NCBI GenBank assembly: GCA_032128115.1
Contig: JAQBHB010000018.1
Coordinates: 1-64,000, forward strand
Direction of reading: 5' to 3'
DNA: 64,000 bases
Origin: Deltaproteobacteria bacterium
GTDB taxonomy: Bacteria > Myxococcota_A > UBA9160 > SMWR01
Each line of letters starts with the position of its first letter. Positions within the stretch are counted from its first letter, which is position 1. The position numbers and the translations under genes were made by a program. The notes beneath the pieces were generated by a model that worked only from the letters and a program-made list of their open reading frames with translations, searched no databases and had not been told where the DNA came from. Below, in pieces: positions 20,565 through 30,146 of the stretch.

Positions 20565-21200
20565 TTAAGAAGCTGCGGTGGGATGCGGGCCGCGGTCGGG
20601 TCGCGAGCCGTCCGGACGCAGCACCACAGCCGGCGGCAGGCGAACGGCAACGGACGACGGAATCCCGCGCGGCCGCGCGTTTCTCAGGGCCTTCCCCATG
20701 CGATCCGCCTGATCGCGGGGTGCCACCAACCGGAGCCTCATCTCGGCCCCGCCGCTCGCAAGGCTCGCAAGCGCCCGGGCTGCGCCTGCCACCAGCGCCT
20801 CCACGCGCTGCAGCACGGCGTAGTCGCTGGTGTTCCGGCCCAGATCCGGCACGGACAGGGCGAGGACGCTCGCCCCCAGGTGAAAGCCCCGCTCCACGGC
20901 GTCGCGGGCGGTGACCTCCCAGTCGTCGCTGCTGAACTCGGCACGCTCGCCCAGGCCCACGGCCACCAGCAGGGGTGCACGCAGACCGCCCCGCGTGGGC
21001 ATGAGCAGCGCCTCGCCGCGCAGGCCTTCCACCTCGCCCGCGGCCAGCAGCTGCGAGAGTCGCCCGCAGATGCGCCAGTCGGCACGCCCCGCGCTGCCAC
21101 GCAGGGGTCGTTCCTCCCGGAAGAAGGTCACGACGGCCACGTCCGCGCCGGTCCGCTCGATGGGTCCGGGATCGAGATCGATGGTGAGGGTCGCGCTCAC
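20565..21200 (-). CDS. Stand-alone peptidase M17 N-terminal-like domain protein
   Basis: EERPLRGSAGRADWRICGRLS..GEALLMP..LLVAVGLG; no M17 catalytic domain. Confidence 0.65.
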   Translation of the reverse strand: MSATLTIDLDPGPIERTGADVAVVTFFREERPLRGSAGRADWRICGRLSQLLAAGEVEGLRGEALLMPTRGGLRAPLLVAVGLGERAEFSSDDWEVTARDAVERGFHLGASVLALSVPDLGRNTSDYAVLQRVEALVAGAARALASLASGGAEMRLRLVAPRDQADRMGKALRNARPRGIPSSVAVRLPPAVVLRPDGSRPDRGPHPTAAS

Positions 21201-21652
21201 GAAGCCTCCCGCGGTTGGCGACCCGGGTCGCGAACCTCCCGCCCCACGGCATCCAGCACCCCGTTGACGAAGCCGGGTGACGCATCGGAACCGAAGCGAC
21301 GCGCCAGTTCGATGGCCTCGTCCAGAACCACCGAGACCGGCGTGTCGGTCCGTGTGAGTTCATAGCAGGCGAGCCGCAGGATGTTGCGGTCCACAGCGGC
21401 CATGCGCGAGAGGCGCCAGTTGCGGGCGTGCACCGCAAGCAGTGTGTCGAGCTGCGGACACACATCGACGGTTCCGCACACCAGGGCCTTGGCGAACGCG
21501 TGGGCGTCGGAGGGCAGGTCGAAGTGGGCCGCGACTCGCGCGAAGGCCTCCTCGGCCGAAGGCACCGGATCCCCAGCCAGATCGATGGCGTAGAGCACCT
21601 GAAGCGCCACCTGCCGCGAGTGGTGGCGCGCTTCGGCGCGGCGACGGCTCAC
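21197..21652 (-). CDS. nusB: Transcription antitermination factor NusB
   Basis: RQVALQVLY, NWRLSRMAAVDRNILRLA, DEAIELARRFG, FVNGVLD. Confidence 0.96.
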   Translation of the reverse strand: MSRRRAEARHHSRQVALQVLYAIDLAGDPVPSAEEAFARVAAHFDLPSDAHAFAKALVCGTVDVCPQLDTLLAVHARNWRLSRMAAVDRNILRLACYELTRTDTPVSVVLDEAIELARRFGSDASPGFVNGVLDAVGREVRDPGRQPREAS

Positions 21653-22143
21653 GCCCGGCCCTCCCCTTCCGTGGGCTCGCCCTCGAGTTGCGGTGCGAGC
21701 CGGGCCATCTCGATGGCCACGGCCGCGGCCTCTTCACCCTTGTGTCCGTGGCTCCCGCCGGCGCGGTCCAGCGCCTGGTCCACGTCATCGGTGGTGAGCA
21801 CGCCGAACGCGATGGGCACTCCCGTATCGCGAATCACTTCCCGAATTCCATCGGTGACGCCCCGACACACGTAATCGAAATGCGGCGTGTGGCCGCGGAT
21901 CACGGCTCCGAGCACCGCGATGGCGTGGTAGCGGCCACTCCCGGCCAGGGCCCGGGCCGCCAACGGAATCTCGAAAGCCCCGGGAACCCAGGCCACGTGG
22001 ATGTCGTCGCCCCGCACCCCCCGCTTCTCGAACTCCGCGGTGCAACCCTCGAGCAGGCGAGCCGACACCATGTGGTTGAAGCGCGACACCACCACCGCCA
22101 AGCGCAGCCCCGCGCCGTCGTTCGAGCTCTCGTAGCGTTTCAT
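21649..22143 (-). CDS. ribH: 6,7-dimethyl-8-ribityllumazine synthase
   Basis: VVSRFN, VPGAFEIP, LGAVIRGHTPHFDYV, FGVLTTD. Confidence 0.97.
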   Translation of the reverse strand: MKRYESSNDGAGLRLAVVVSRFNHMVSARLLEGCTAEFEKRGVRGDDIHVAWVPGAFEIPLAARALAGSGRYHAIAVLGAVIRGHTPHFDYVCRGVTDGIREVIRDTGVPIAFGVLTTDDVDQALDRAGGSHGHKGEEAAAVAIEMARLAPQLEGEPTEGEGRA

Positions 22144-23318
22144 GATCGCTTTCCACTCCGGCGCGTGCCGCGGCCCGCTGCCCGCGTCCCGACGGAGCTT
22201 CGCCGTTCAGACGCCCTGCCCGCAACCCGCCCCCACAGGTGCAGGTCGGTACCCACTCGCCGGATCTGCACATCGCGCAGCTCGGGCCCCCCGGAGAGCT
22301 TCGCCACACCCAGGGCACCCAGAGCTGCGCGTGCGTCGCCGCCCAGGATCTTCGGGGCAGCAAACCAGTGCAGCTCGTCCACCAGGCCGGCGCGAAGCAA
22401 CGCCGCCGCCAGCTCGCCGCCACCCTCCACCAACAGCTCGGTCAGACCCTCGCGCGCCAGGATCCGCGCCGCGCGGCGCAGGTCCAGATGGCCGTCGCGC
22501 TCGGGGATCTCGAGCAGACGCGCACCCGTCGCGGCCACCGCCCGACGCCGGGTGGCGGGCGCCCGCTGGGAGCACAGCACCCAGGCCCCCTCACCGCCCC
22601 GGTACAGTCGCGCCTCGGGAGACACACGCAGGCGAGAATCCACGAGCACACGAACCGGACGGTGGATCACGCGGCCCCCGCGTCGGGCGGTCAGTGCCGG
22701 GTCGTCGGCCCGCGCGGTCCCGGAGCCCACGACGACGGCGTCCGCGCGGGAGCGCAGGGCGTGCACCCGCTCCCGGGCCGCCGCCCCGGTGATCCAGCGC
22801 GACTCGCCCGAGGCGGTGGCAATGCGCCCGTCCAGCGTGCTCGCCAGCTTCAGCGCCACGAAGGGACGGCCGCGCCCACACACCGAGAGGAAGCCCCGAT
22901 GCTGCTCGCGGCACTCGGCCTCGAGCACCCCGACCTGGACCTGAACGCCGCCGCGGCGAAGGCGGCGCACCCCGCGTCCGGATACGGCCGGGTGCGGATC
23001 GCCGTGCCCGACGAATACGCGGCGCACGCCGGCCGCCACCACCTGGTCGGCGCAAGGACCGGTGCGGCCCACGTGGTCACAGGGCTCGAGGGTCACGGCC
23101 AGCGAAGCGCCCCGCAGCCGGCCGGCGCCGTGACGACGCAGTGCCACGCCCAGGGCAACCACTTCAGCGTGGGGTCCGCCGGCCGGGCGCGTAAAGCCCG
23201 CGCCAAGCACCCGGTCGCCCCGGAAGATCACGGCGCCCACGGCCGGGTTCGGGTGACAGTGGCCCCGGGCCCGCCGGGCCTGGGCCAGCGCGAGCCGCAT
23301 CGCGGCCTCGGGGGTCAT
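22140..23318 (-). CDS. ribD: Bifunctional riboflavin biosynthesis deaminase/reductase
   Basis: PNPAVGAV, HAE, TLEPCDH..PC, KLASTLDGRIA, ESRWIT, VEGGG. Confidence 0.96.
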   Translation of the reverse strand: MTPEAAMRLALAQARRARGHCHPNPAVGAVIFRGDRVLGAGFTRPAGGPHAEVVALGVALRRHGAGRLRGASLAVTLEPCDHVGRTGPCADQVVAAGVRRVFVGHGDPHPAVSGRGVRRLRRGGVQVQVGVLEAECREQHRGFLSVCGRGRPFVALKLASTLDGRIATASGESRWITGAAARERVHALRSRADAVVVGSGTARADDPALTARRGGRVIHRPVRVLVDSRLRVSPEARLYRGGEGAWVLCSQRAPATRRRAVAATGARLLEIPERDGHLDLRRAARILAREGLTELLVEGGGELAAALLRAGLVDELHWFAAPKILGGDARAALGALGVAKLSGGPELRDVQIRRVGTDLHLWGRVAGRASERRSSVGTRAAGRGTRRSGKRS

Positions 23319-23791
23319 TGATCGGAGCCGGAGGTCCGCTGCAGCGCCTTCATCGACGCAAAGAACCGGGTGTAGTCGTCGGCCCCCTGGAAGTTCAGGA
23401 ACACCGACGCGAAGCGCGCTGCCGCCATCGGATCCAGCTTCACCAGGCCGTCCATGATCCGCTCTCCGATCATGCGGCTGGTGACCTCTTTCTCGCCCAG
23501 CTCCTGCACGTGCCGCTCCACCCGATCCAACAGACGCTCCAGATCGTCGGCGCTCACGGGACGCTTCTCACATGCCTTCTGTACCGCCGTGATCAGCTTC
23601 TCGCGCTGGTATTCCTCGCGACGCTCGTCGCGCTTGACGATCTTGGGCAGCACGCCGTTGACGCGTTCGCGGGTCGTGAAGCGACGGCCGCACTCGACAC
23701 ACTCGCGGCGCCGTCGGATTTCGCTGCCGTCCCGGCCCAGGCGCGAGTCGATCACCCGATTGGTGGCATCGGCACAGTAGGGACAACGCAC
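23315..23791 (-). CDS. nrdR: Transcriptional repressor NrdR
   Basis: CPYC..VIDSR..IRRRRECVECGRRFTT, ATP-cone. Confidence 0.96.
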   Translation of the reverse strand: MRCPYCADATNRVIDSRLGRDGSEIRRRRECVECGRRFTTRERVNGVLPKIVKRDERREEYQREKLITAVQKACEKRPVSADDLERLLDRVERHVQELGEKEVTSRMIGERIMDGLVKLDPMAAARFASVFLNFQGADDYTRFFASMKALQRTSGSDQ

Positions 23792-23794
23792 GAT

Positions 23795-25555
23795 TCAGGA
23801 ACGGTCGTCCCAGCGGTCCGGATACAGGGGAAAGCGCCGGCACAGCGCCTCCACCTCGGCGCGGATGACGTCGAGTTCGTCCACGTCGCCGGGCCTCTCC
23901 AGCACACGCACGATCATCTGGGCGATCTCGCCCATCTCCGGCTCGCGCATGCCCCGGGTGGTGACCGCCGGCGTTCCGATTCGCACGCCGCTGGTGACGG
24001 TCGGCTTTCGCGGATCGAAGGGAACCATGTTCTTGTTGGCTGTGATGCCCGCGCGCTCCAACGAGATCTGCGCGGCCTTGCCGGTGGTATCCCGCCCCAC
24101 GAGGGACAGCAGGAACAGGTGCGTGTCGGTACCGCCCGACACCACCTTGTGGCCCGCCTCCGCGAGGCCAGCGGCCAGGCTGCTGGCGTTGGCCAGCACC
24201 TGGGCGCAGTACTCCCGGAACGAGGGGGCCAGCGCCTCGCGGAACGCCACGGCCTTGGCGGCGATGATGTGCATCAGGGGCCCGCCCTGGCCGCCCGGGA
24301 AGACCGCGCTGTCGATCCTCCGGGCGAATTCGGAATCACATAGGATCAACCCGCCGCGCGGGCCGCGCAGGGTCTTGTGGCTCGTAGAAGAGACCACGTG
24401 GGCGTGACCCACCGGGCTCGGATGCAGCCCCGTGGCCACGAAGCCCGCGATGTGGGCGATGTCGGCGAACAGCAGCGCGCCCACCTCGTCGGCCACCGAA
24501 CGGAACGCCTCGAAGTCCAGCGTGCGCGAGTAGGCTGTGGTTCCGCACTGGATGAGCTTCGGACGCTGCTCCCGCGCCAGGCGCCGGACCTCCTCCATGT
24601 CGATCCGCTCGGTCTCCCGATCGACCCCATAGGGAACCATGTTGTAGAGCTTCCCGGAGAAGTTCACCGGGCTTCCGTGGGTCAGGTGCCCGCCGTGGTC
24701 CAGGTTCATCGCCAGCACCGTGTCACCCACCTCGAGGAGGGCGCGGTAGACGGCCTCGTTGGTCTGGGACCCCGAGTGGGGCTGGACGTTCGCGTGCTGG
24801 GCCCCGAACAGCTCTACAGCGCGCTCGATCGCGAGCGTCTCCACTTCGTCGACGATCTCGCAGCCCCCGTAGTAGCGGCGTCCGGGATAGCCCTCGGCGT
24901 ACTTGTTCGTGAGCACCGTGCCGGCCGCTTCGAGGACCGCGTCGGAGACGAAATTCTCCGATGCAATCAGCTCCAGGCTGAGCGCCTGGCGCCTGGCCTC
25001 GAGGCCCACCAGGCGGGCGATGTCCGGATCGACCTCCGAAAGACGCGGCCCGCGGCGGGCGGATGCCGTCAACGAGTCGATCATCCGGATCCGACGCTCG
25101 TGGCGGCCCGCGTCGAAGCCGGTCTCGAGCCACGCCTCGACGATGGGCCAGGCGGCGCTCACATCGACCCGATCGGCGGCCAGGGCCAACACGTTGGCGT
25201 CGTTGTGCCGGCGGGCCATCTCGGCCGTCTCCGGGTCGTGCACCAGCGCGGCGCGCACCCCGGGGAATCGGTTGGCCGTGTACGTCACGCCCAGGCCCGA
25301 GCCGCAGATCACGATGGCCCGTTCGGCGGTCCCGTCCGCCACGGCGCGGGCAGCCCTGGCCGCGAATTCGGGATAGTCCACCGGCTCGGAGCCCTGGGTT
25401 CCGTAGTCCTCGACGGCGTACCCCTCGCCTTCCAGGCGCTTGCGCAGGCCCTCCTTCAGGCCCGCACCCCGGTGATCACTGGCCATCACGATCGGGCGAG
25501 CCGATCGCGTGGATTCGGGGTTGGCTGCGGACACCGGGCTGCTGCGGGGCTTCAC
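23795..25555 (-). CDS. glyA: Fused ribose-5-phosphate isomerase B / serine hydroxymethyltransferase
   Basis: RpiB motifs [29 protein letters not shown] run in frame into SHMT motifs [38 protein letters not shown]. Confidence 0.95.
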   Translation of the reverse strand: MKPRSSPVSAANPESTRSARPIVMASDHRGAGLKEGLRKRLEGEGYAVEDYGTQGSEPVDYPEFAARAARAVADGTAERAIVICGSGLGVTYTANRFPGVRAALVHDPETAEMARRHNDANVLALAADRVDVSAAWPIVEAWLETGFDAGRHERRIRMIDSLTASARRGPRLSEVDPDIARLVGLEARRQALSLELIASENFVSDAVLEAAGTVLTNKYAEGYPGRRYYGGCEIVDEVETLAIERAVELFGAQHANVQPHSGSQTNEAVYRALLEVGDTVLAMNLDHGGHLTHGSPVNFSGKLYNMVPYGVDRETERIDMEEVRRLAREQRPKLIQCGTTAYSRTLDFEAFRSVADEVGALLFADIAHIAGFVATGLHPSPVGHAHVVSSTSHKTLRGPRGGLILCDSEFARRIDSAVFPGGQGGPLMHIIAAKAVAFREALAPSFREYCAQVLANASSLAAGLAEAGHKVVSGGTDTHLFLLSLVGRDTTGKAAQISLERAGITANKNMVPFDPRKPTVTSGVRIGTPAVTTRGMREPEMGEIAQMIVRVLERPGDVDELDVIRAEVEALCRRFPLYPDRWDDRS

Positions 25556-25599
25556 GGGGGGGCTCCTTCAAAATGCCAGGGTCTGGTGTAGCGACGACC

Positions 25600-25836
25600 T
25601 CATTGGCGGCTGTGTTCCTGGATGTAGGCGATGGCATCCGCAATGGTCTGGATCTTCTCCGCATCATCGTCGGGAATCTCGATGTCGAACTGATCCTCGA
25701 GCTGCATCACGAGTTCGACGATGTCCAGGGAGTCGGCTCCCAGGTCATCGACGAACGCAGCCTCGGGGATGGCATCCTCGCGGCTCACCCCCAGCTGTTG
25801 AACCACCAGATCGCAGACACGGTCGCGGAAACTCAC
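25600..25836 (-). CDS. acpP: Acyl carrier protein
   Basis: [30 protein letters not shown] 25836 with GGAGG. Confidence 0.96.
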   Translation of the reverse strand: MSFRDRVCDLVVQQLGVSREDAIPEAAFVDDLGADSLDIVELVMQLEDQFDIEIPDDDAEKIQTIADAIAYIQEHSRQ

Positions 25837-25886
25837 GATCGACACCTCCCGAAGCGACTCAGCACAGGAAACTCCCGGGCGCGCCC

Positions 25887-26834
25887 TCAGGCTTCCCCTG
25901 GGGCAACGAAAGCCACCGCCTCGTCAAGCCCACCCATGGAAGCCAGGCTCTTGCGCTCGACGCCCCGGGCGATCCGACCCACCAGCCCGGTGAGCACGCG
26001 GCCGGGACCCACCTCGAGAAACCGGCTCACGCCCAGCTCCAGCAGACACTCGATCATCTCGGTAAAGCGCACCGGGGCCGTCACCTGTTCCGTGAGCAGG
26101 GTCGCGAAGCGCGAGGGATCTTCGTTGGGCGACGCCTCCACGTTCGTCACCACGGGAGGACGGGGTTCGCGAAATCGGATCCGAGCCAGCTCGTGAGAGA
26201 GCTTGTCGGCGGCCGGCTGCATGAGCGCACAGTGGAACGGAGCCGAAACCGACAGGGGGATGGTCCGCCGGGCACCCTCCTGACGCGCGCGAGAGCACGC
26301 CACCTCCACGGCCACCGCATCTCCGGAGATCACGGTCTGCTGGGGCCCGTTGTAGTTGGCCGGAGCCACCTGCCTGCCGGTCTCCGCGCGGGCCCGCTCA
26401 CACGCGAACGCCACCTCTTCGGGAGACGACCCCAGCACCGCCGCCATGGCGCCCCGGCCCTCGGGCACGGCCTCCTGCATGAACCGCCCCCTGGCGTGGA
26501 CTGCGCGGACCGCGTCGTCCAAGGAGATGGCGCCGCTGGCCACCAGGGCCGTGTACTCCCCGAGGCTGTGCCCCGCATTGAAGTCGGGCCTCACCGGGGT
26601 GCGCTCCTCGAGCGCGCGCAGCAGCGCCACTCCCGTGGTCAGGATCGCCGGCTGTTGGATCTCGGTGCGCATGAGCTCTTCCTCGGGTCCCTCGAAGCAC
26701 AGGCGCGAGAGAGCGAAGCCCAGCACCGCGTCGGCCGCGTCGTACACGTCACGACCCGCCTTCGACGTCTCGTAGACGTCGAGGCCCATGCCGACCTCCT
26801 GGGATCCCTGTCCGGGGAAGAGCAGCGCCAACAC
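25887..26834 (-). CDS. fabD: Malonyl-CoA:ACP transacylase
   Basis: FPGQGSQ, GHSLGEY, RG.FMQ, VSAPFH. Confidence 0.96.
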   Translation of the reverse strand: MLALLFPGQGSQEVGMGLDVYETSKAGRDVYDAADAVLGFALSRLCFEGPEEELMRTEIQQPAILTTGVALLRALEERTPVRPDFNAGHSLGEYTALVASGAISLDDAVRAVHARGRFMQEAVPEGRGAMAAVLGSSPEEVAFACERARAETGRQVAPANYNGPQQTVISGDAVAVEVACSRARQEGARRTIPLSVSAPFHCALMQPAADKLSHELARIRFREPRPPVVTNVEASPNEDPSRFATLLTEQVTAPVRFTEMIECLLELGVSRFLEVGPGRVLTGLVGRIARGVERKSLASMGGLDEAVAFVAPGEA

Positions 26835-26841
26835 CGAAGGG

Positions 26842-27024
26842 TCACTCCTCGTCGGTCTTCACGACCTCGCGTCCGCGATAGGTGCCGCAATTGCCACAAA
26901 CCCGGTGCGGCTGCTTGGGTTCTCCGCACTGGGGGCATTTGCTGCGAGCCGGCATGCCCAGCGAATCGTGGGTGCGTCGGGAATCGCGCCTGGCTTTCGA
27001 CGTGCGGCGTTTGGGAACGGCCAT
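26842..27024 (-). CDS. rpmF: 50S ribosomal protein L32
   Basis: [32 protein letters not shown]. Confidence 0.97.
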   Translation of the reverse strand: MAVPKRRTSKARRDSRRTHDSLGMPARSKCPQCGEPKQPHRVCGNCGTYRGREVVKTDEE

Positions 27025-27048
27025 GGTCTCGTCTCCCTCCTGATCCCG

Positions 27049-27624
27049 TCAGCGCCCGCGGCCCGCATTGCCGCGCAAGGCGGCCAGCGCGGCGAACGGC
27101 GAGTCGGACCGGGTCTCCTGGCATTCGCAGTTTTCGACGTTGCGGTCGACCCCGCATTGGGGACACAGACCGATACACTCTTCTCGACACAGGGGCACCA
27201 CCGGAAGTCCCAGCGACACCACCTCCGCGAAAAACGCGTCCAGCTGGAGCGTGTGGCCCCGGTACCAGCCCGACTCGAGTTCTTCTCCGAGACACAGCCC
27301 GTCTCGCGCCAGCGCGACGTTGGCTTCCGGCTCCAGCGGCGAACGGCCGCCGGCGGGCTCGAGAACCAATCGGAAACTCTCGCGGAGCCCGTGACGATAG
27401 CGCGCGAGACACCGCCCGCATTCGAGTTCGATTGCGCCCCGGGCGTTTCCCTCGACGAACAGGTTCTCCGCCATCTGGTGGGCCTCGCCCTCGAACCGAA
27501 ACGGCTCGGCCAGTTCCAGGGGCAGATCCCGGGACTTCGCAATCACGGCCGCCCACCAGGCCGAGTCGCCCTGGAAGGCGAAGGGTGCGGGGTCGGCGTT
27601 GATCTGATCGACCAGCAGCTTCAT
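27049..27624 (-). CDS. yceD: YceD/DUF177 family protein
   Basis: ECGRCL, LCREECIGLCPQCG..N..C.C; directly upstream of rpmF. Confidence 0.9.
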   Translation of the reverse strand: MKLLVDQINADPAPFAFQGDSAWWAAVIAKSRDLPLELAEPFRFEGEAHQMAENLFVEGNARGAIELECGRCLARYRHGLRESFRLVLEPAGGRSPLEPEANVALARDGLCLGEELESGWYRGHTLQLDAFFAEVVSLGLPVVPLCREECIGLCPQCGVDRNVENCECQETRSDSPFAALAALRGNAGRGR

Positions 27625-27671
27625 GGCGTGGGGCTTCCGGGTTCCGGCCGGCGCTTTGAGAAGGCCTGCAA

Positions 27672-27684
27672 AATCAGGAGCTTA
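27672..27684 (+). promoter_or_regulatory. Candidate IHF binding site in yceD/gltX divergent spacer
   Basis: AATCAGGAGCTTA matches WATCARNNNNTTR. Confidence 0.45.
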
Positions 27685-27825
27685 TGAAACCCGAATAGCA
27701 GAGCCTGACGCCCCGGGCAACACGCGGGGGACCCGCTCCCCCTGCGGGGGCACTAGCGCCCTCCTCCGGTTCCGCCCCCGGGGCACCTCAGGCAGGACCG
27801 CATAGATCCACTACTTTCCCGCGCG

Positions 27826-29232
27826 ATGTCCGTCCGCACCCGCTTCGCGCCCAGCCCCAGCGGCTTCCTGCACGTGGGCTCGGCCCGCACGGCCCTGTTC
27901 AACTGGGCCTTCGCGAGGCGCCATGGAGGCGCGTTGGTATTGCGCATCGAGGACACGGATCGAGAGCGCTCCACCCGGGAGTCGGAGCAGGGCATCGTCG
28001 ACGGCCTCGGCTGGCTGGGCATCGACTGGGACGAGGGCCCCCTGCGCCAGAGCGAGCGTCGCGCGTGCCACGACGACGCCATCGAGGACCTGCTTGCGCG
28101 CGAGCGCGCCTATCGTTGCCGTTGCACGCCCGACGAACTCGAGGAGCGCAAGCGGGCCACCATCGCGCGCGGCGAAAAGTGGACCTACGACGGCCGCTGT
28201 CGCGACCTGGGGCTGGGCTCCGACTGTGGCTCCCACAGCGTGCGACTGCGCCTGCCCGAAGAGGGCCAGCTCGCGTGGGACGACGCGGTCTTTGGCGCGA
28301 GCGGCCAGGACGCCCGCGAGATCGGCGACCGCATCATCCGCCGCAGCGACGGCGCGCCCCTGTATCACCTGGCCGTGGTGGTGGACGATCTGGACATGCA
28401 GATCAGCCACGTGATCCGTGGCGCCGACCATCACGCCAACACCCCGTTCCAGATCGCCATCTACCGGGCCCTGGAACGCGATCCCCCCCTGTTCGCCCAC
28501 GTCCCGTTGATCGTGGGCCCGGGCGGCAAGAAGCTCTCCAAGCGCAAGGACCCGGTTTCCGTCGAGCAGTTCCGCGACGAGGGCTACCTGCCCGCTGCCA
28601 TGACCAACTGGCTCGTGCGCATCGGCTGGTCCCACGGCGACCAGGAAGTGTTCTCGATGCAGGAGATCCGCGAGCTGTTCGATCTCGGCTCCGTGAACCG
28701 CGCCAGCGCCCAGGCCGATCCGGCGAAACTCTCGTCGCTGAATCACCACACCATCGGGGCGCTGCCCCGGGACGAACTGGTGGCGCGATTGCTTCCGTTC
28801 CTTGCGGCTCTGGCGGGGCGAACGGTAATGCCCTCCCCAGAGCTCTTGACGCTCGTGGATCTGTTGCGCGAGCGCAGCAAGACGCTGGTGGAAATGGCCG
28901 ATCACGCCCGCTTCCTGGTGCTTGACGAGATCCCCTACGAGGAGAAGGCGGCCCGCAAGCACCTCGGCAAGACCGTCGAGCCCCTGCTGCGAGAGATGCA
29001 CGACGGTCTGGCGGCCCTGAAAGCCTGGAACGAGGAAACGATCTCCGCGGTCTTCGAGGAGGTGCGGGCCCGGCACGGGGACCTGGGAATGGGCAAGCTC
29101 GCCCAGCCGATCCGGGTCGCCATCACCGGGCGGGCCGTTTCGCCGGGGATCTTCGAGACCCTGACGGTTCTGGGCAAGACCCGTTCCGTGGGCCGGATCG
29201 CCGAGGCCCTGCACTACGTGCGCCACGGTTGA
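27826..29232 (+). CDS. gltX: Glutamate--tRNA ligase
   Basis: RTRFAPSPSGFLHVG, LRIEDTD, HVIRG.DH, KKLSKR. Confidence 0.97.
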   Translation: MSVRTRFAPSPSGFLHVGSARTALFNWAFARRHGGALVLRIEDTDRERSTRESEQGIVDGLGWLGIDWDEGPLRQSERRACHDDAIEDLLARERAYRCRCTPDELEERKRATIARGEKWTYDGRCRDLGLGSDCGSHSVRLRLPEEGQLAWDDAVFGASGQDAREIGDRIIRRSDGAPLYHLAVVVDDLDMQISHVIRGADHHANTPFQIAIYRALERDPPLFAHVPLIVGPGGKKLSKRKDPVSVEQFRDEGYLPAAMTNWLVRIGWSHGDQEVFSMQEIRELFDLGSVNRASAQADPAKLSSLNHHTIGALPRDELVARLLPFLAALAGRTVMPSPELLTLVDLLRERSKTLVEMADHARFLVLDEIPYEEKAARKHLGKTVEPLLREMHDGLAALKAWNEETISAVFEEVRARHGDLGMGKLAQPIRVAITGRAVSPGIFETLTVLGKTRSVGRIAEALHYVRHG

Positions 29233-29257
29233 GGAAGGGGCTGACGTCCGTTATAGA
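29229..29257 (+). promoter_or_regulatory. Possible sigma70 promoter for tRNA-Gln
   Basis: TTGAGG-N17-TATAGA. Confidence 0.35.
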
Positions 29258-29289
29258 GGTGGACAGCTCGCGGCCCGACCGCACTGCAC

Positions 29290-29363
29290 TCCCTGGTCGT
29301 CTAACGGCAGGACAGCGGACTCTGAATCCGTGAATGGAGGTTCGAATCCTCCCCGGGGATCCA
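29290..29363 (+). tRNA. tRNA-Gln(CTG)
   Basis: Acceptor TCCCTGG/CCGGGGA, anticodon arm GCGGA-CTCTGAA-TCCGT, T-loop GGTTCGAATCC, encoded CCA. Confidence 0.96.
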
Positions 29364-29391
29364 ATCTACCCACCTGGCTCCAGTCGAGTTC

Positions 29392-30123
29392 CTAGCTGTT
29401 CTCGAGTTCTTCGTCGATCATCTTCTTGAAGGCATCGTAGGGCTGGGCGCCCGAGAAGAAGCGACCGTTGATGAAGAAGCCGGGGGTCCCGCTGACGCCC
29501 AGGCGGCGGGCCTCTTCCATGTCCTGGGCCACCCGCGCCTTCACTGCCGCCGAGGCGGCGTCCGCCCGGTAGCGGTCCATGTCGAGCCCCATCTCCTCGG
29601 CGTACTCCTCGAACTTGGCCGTCTCGAGCTCTCGCTGGTTGGCGAAGATCGCGTCGTGCATTTCCCAGAATTTGCCCTGCCTGTGAGCCGCTTCCGAGGC
29701 CGCGTGGGCCGCCGGCGCCTTGGGGTGGATGCTGAGCGGAAGATGCTTGAAGACGATGCGCACCTGGTCGCCGTAGGTCTGTTCGATCTGGTCCAGGGTG
29801 GGCGAGACGCGTCCGCAGAAGGGGCATTGGAAGTCGCTGAACTCCACGATCGAAACCGCGGCCGATTCCGGCCCACGGACGGGAGAGCCCGCGGTGCTCA
29901 CCTCGTAGCGCTTGGCAGGGTCCGGACGTCCAGTGGGAGCCGCAGCGGGCCGACTGGGCTGGCGGCCCGCCTCGGGGTTGATACCGGCCAGCACCGTCCG
30001 CACCGACTCGATTTCGGTGGCCGCCCGATTGACCGAGTTCGTGATCAGCAGACTCCCGCCAACGAAGCAGGCACCGAGAATGGAAGCCGCAACCACGAGC
30101 AGGACACCCGTTCTGTCATCCAA
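29392..30123 (-). CDS. Membrane-anchored DsbA-family thiol-disulfide oxidoreductase
   Basis: EFSDFQCPFC, KHLPL..H, GVSGTP cis-Pro motif; TTG 30123 with GGAGG; N-terminal TM. Confidence 0.9.
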   Translation of the reverse strand: MDDRTGVLLVVAASILGACFVGGSLLITNSVNRAATEIESVRTVLAGINPEAGRQPSRPAAAPTGRPDPAKRYEVSTAGSPVRGPESAAVSIVEFSDFQCPFCGRVSPTLDQIEQTYGDQVRIVFKHLPLSIHPKAPAAHAASEAAHRQGKFWEMHDAIFANQRELETAKFEEYAEEMGLDMDRYRADAASAAVKARVAQDMEEARRLGVSGTPGFFINGRFFSGAQPYDAFKKMIDEELENS

Positions 30124-30146
30124 GATCCGTACCTCCGATTTCGAGT

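Noticed and set aside
27690..27800. Structured RNA (T-box or riboswitch) upstream of gltX
   Set aside because: Only GC-rich short stems; no T-box or riboswitch consensus recognised.
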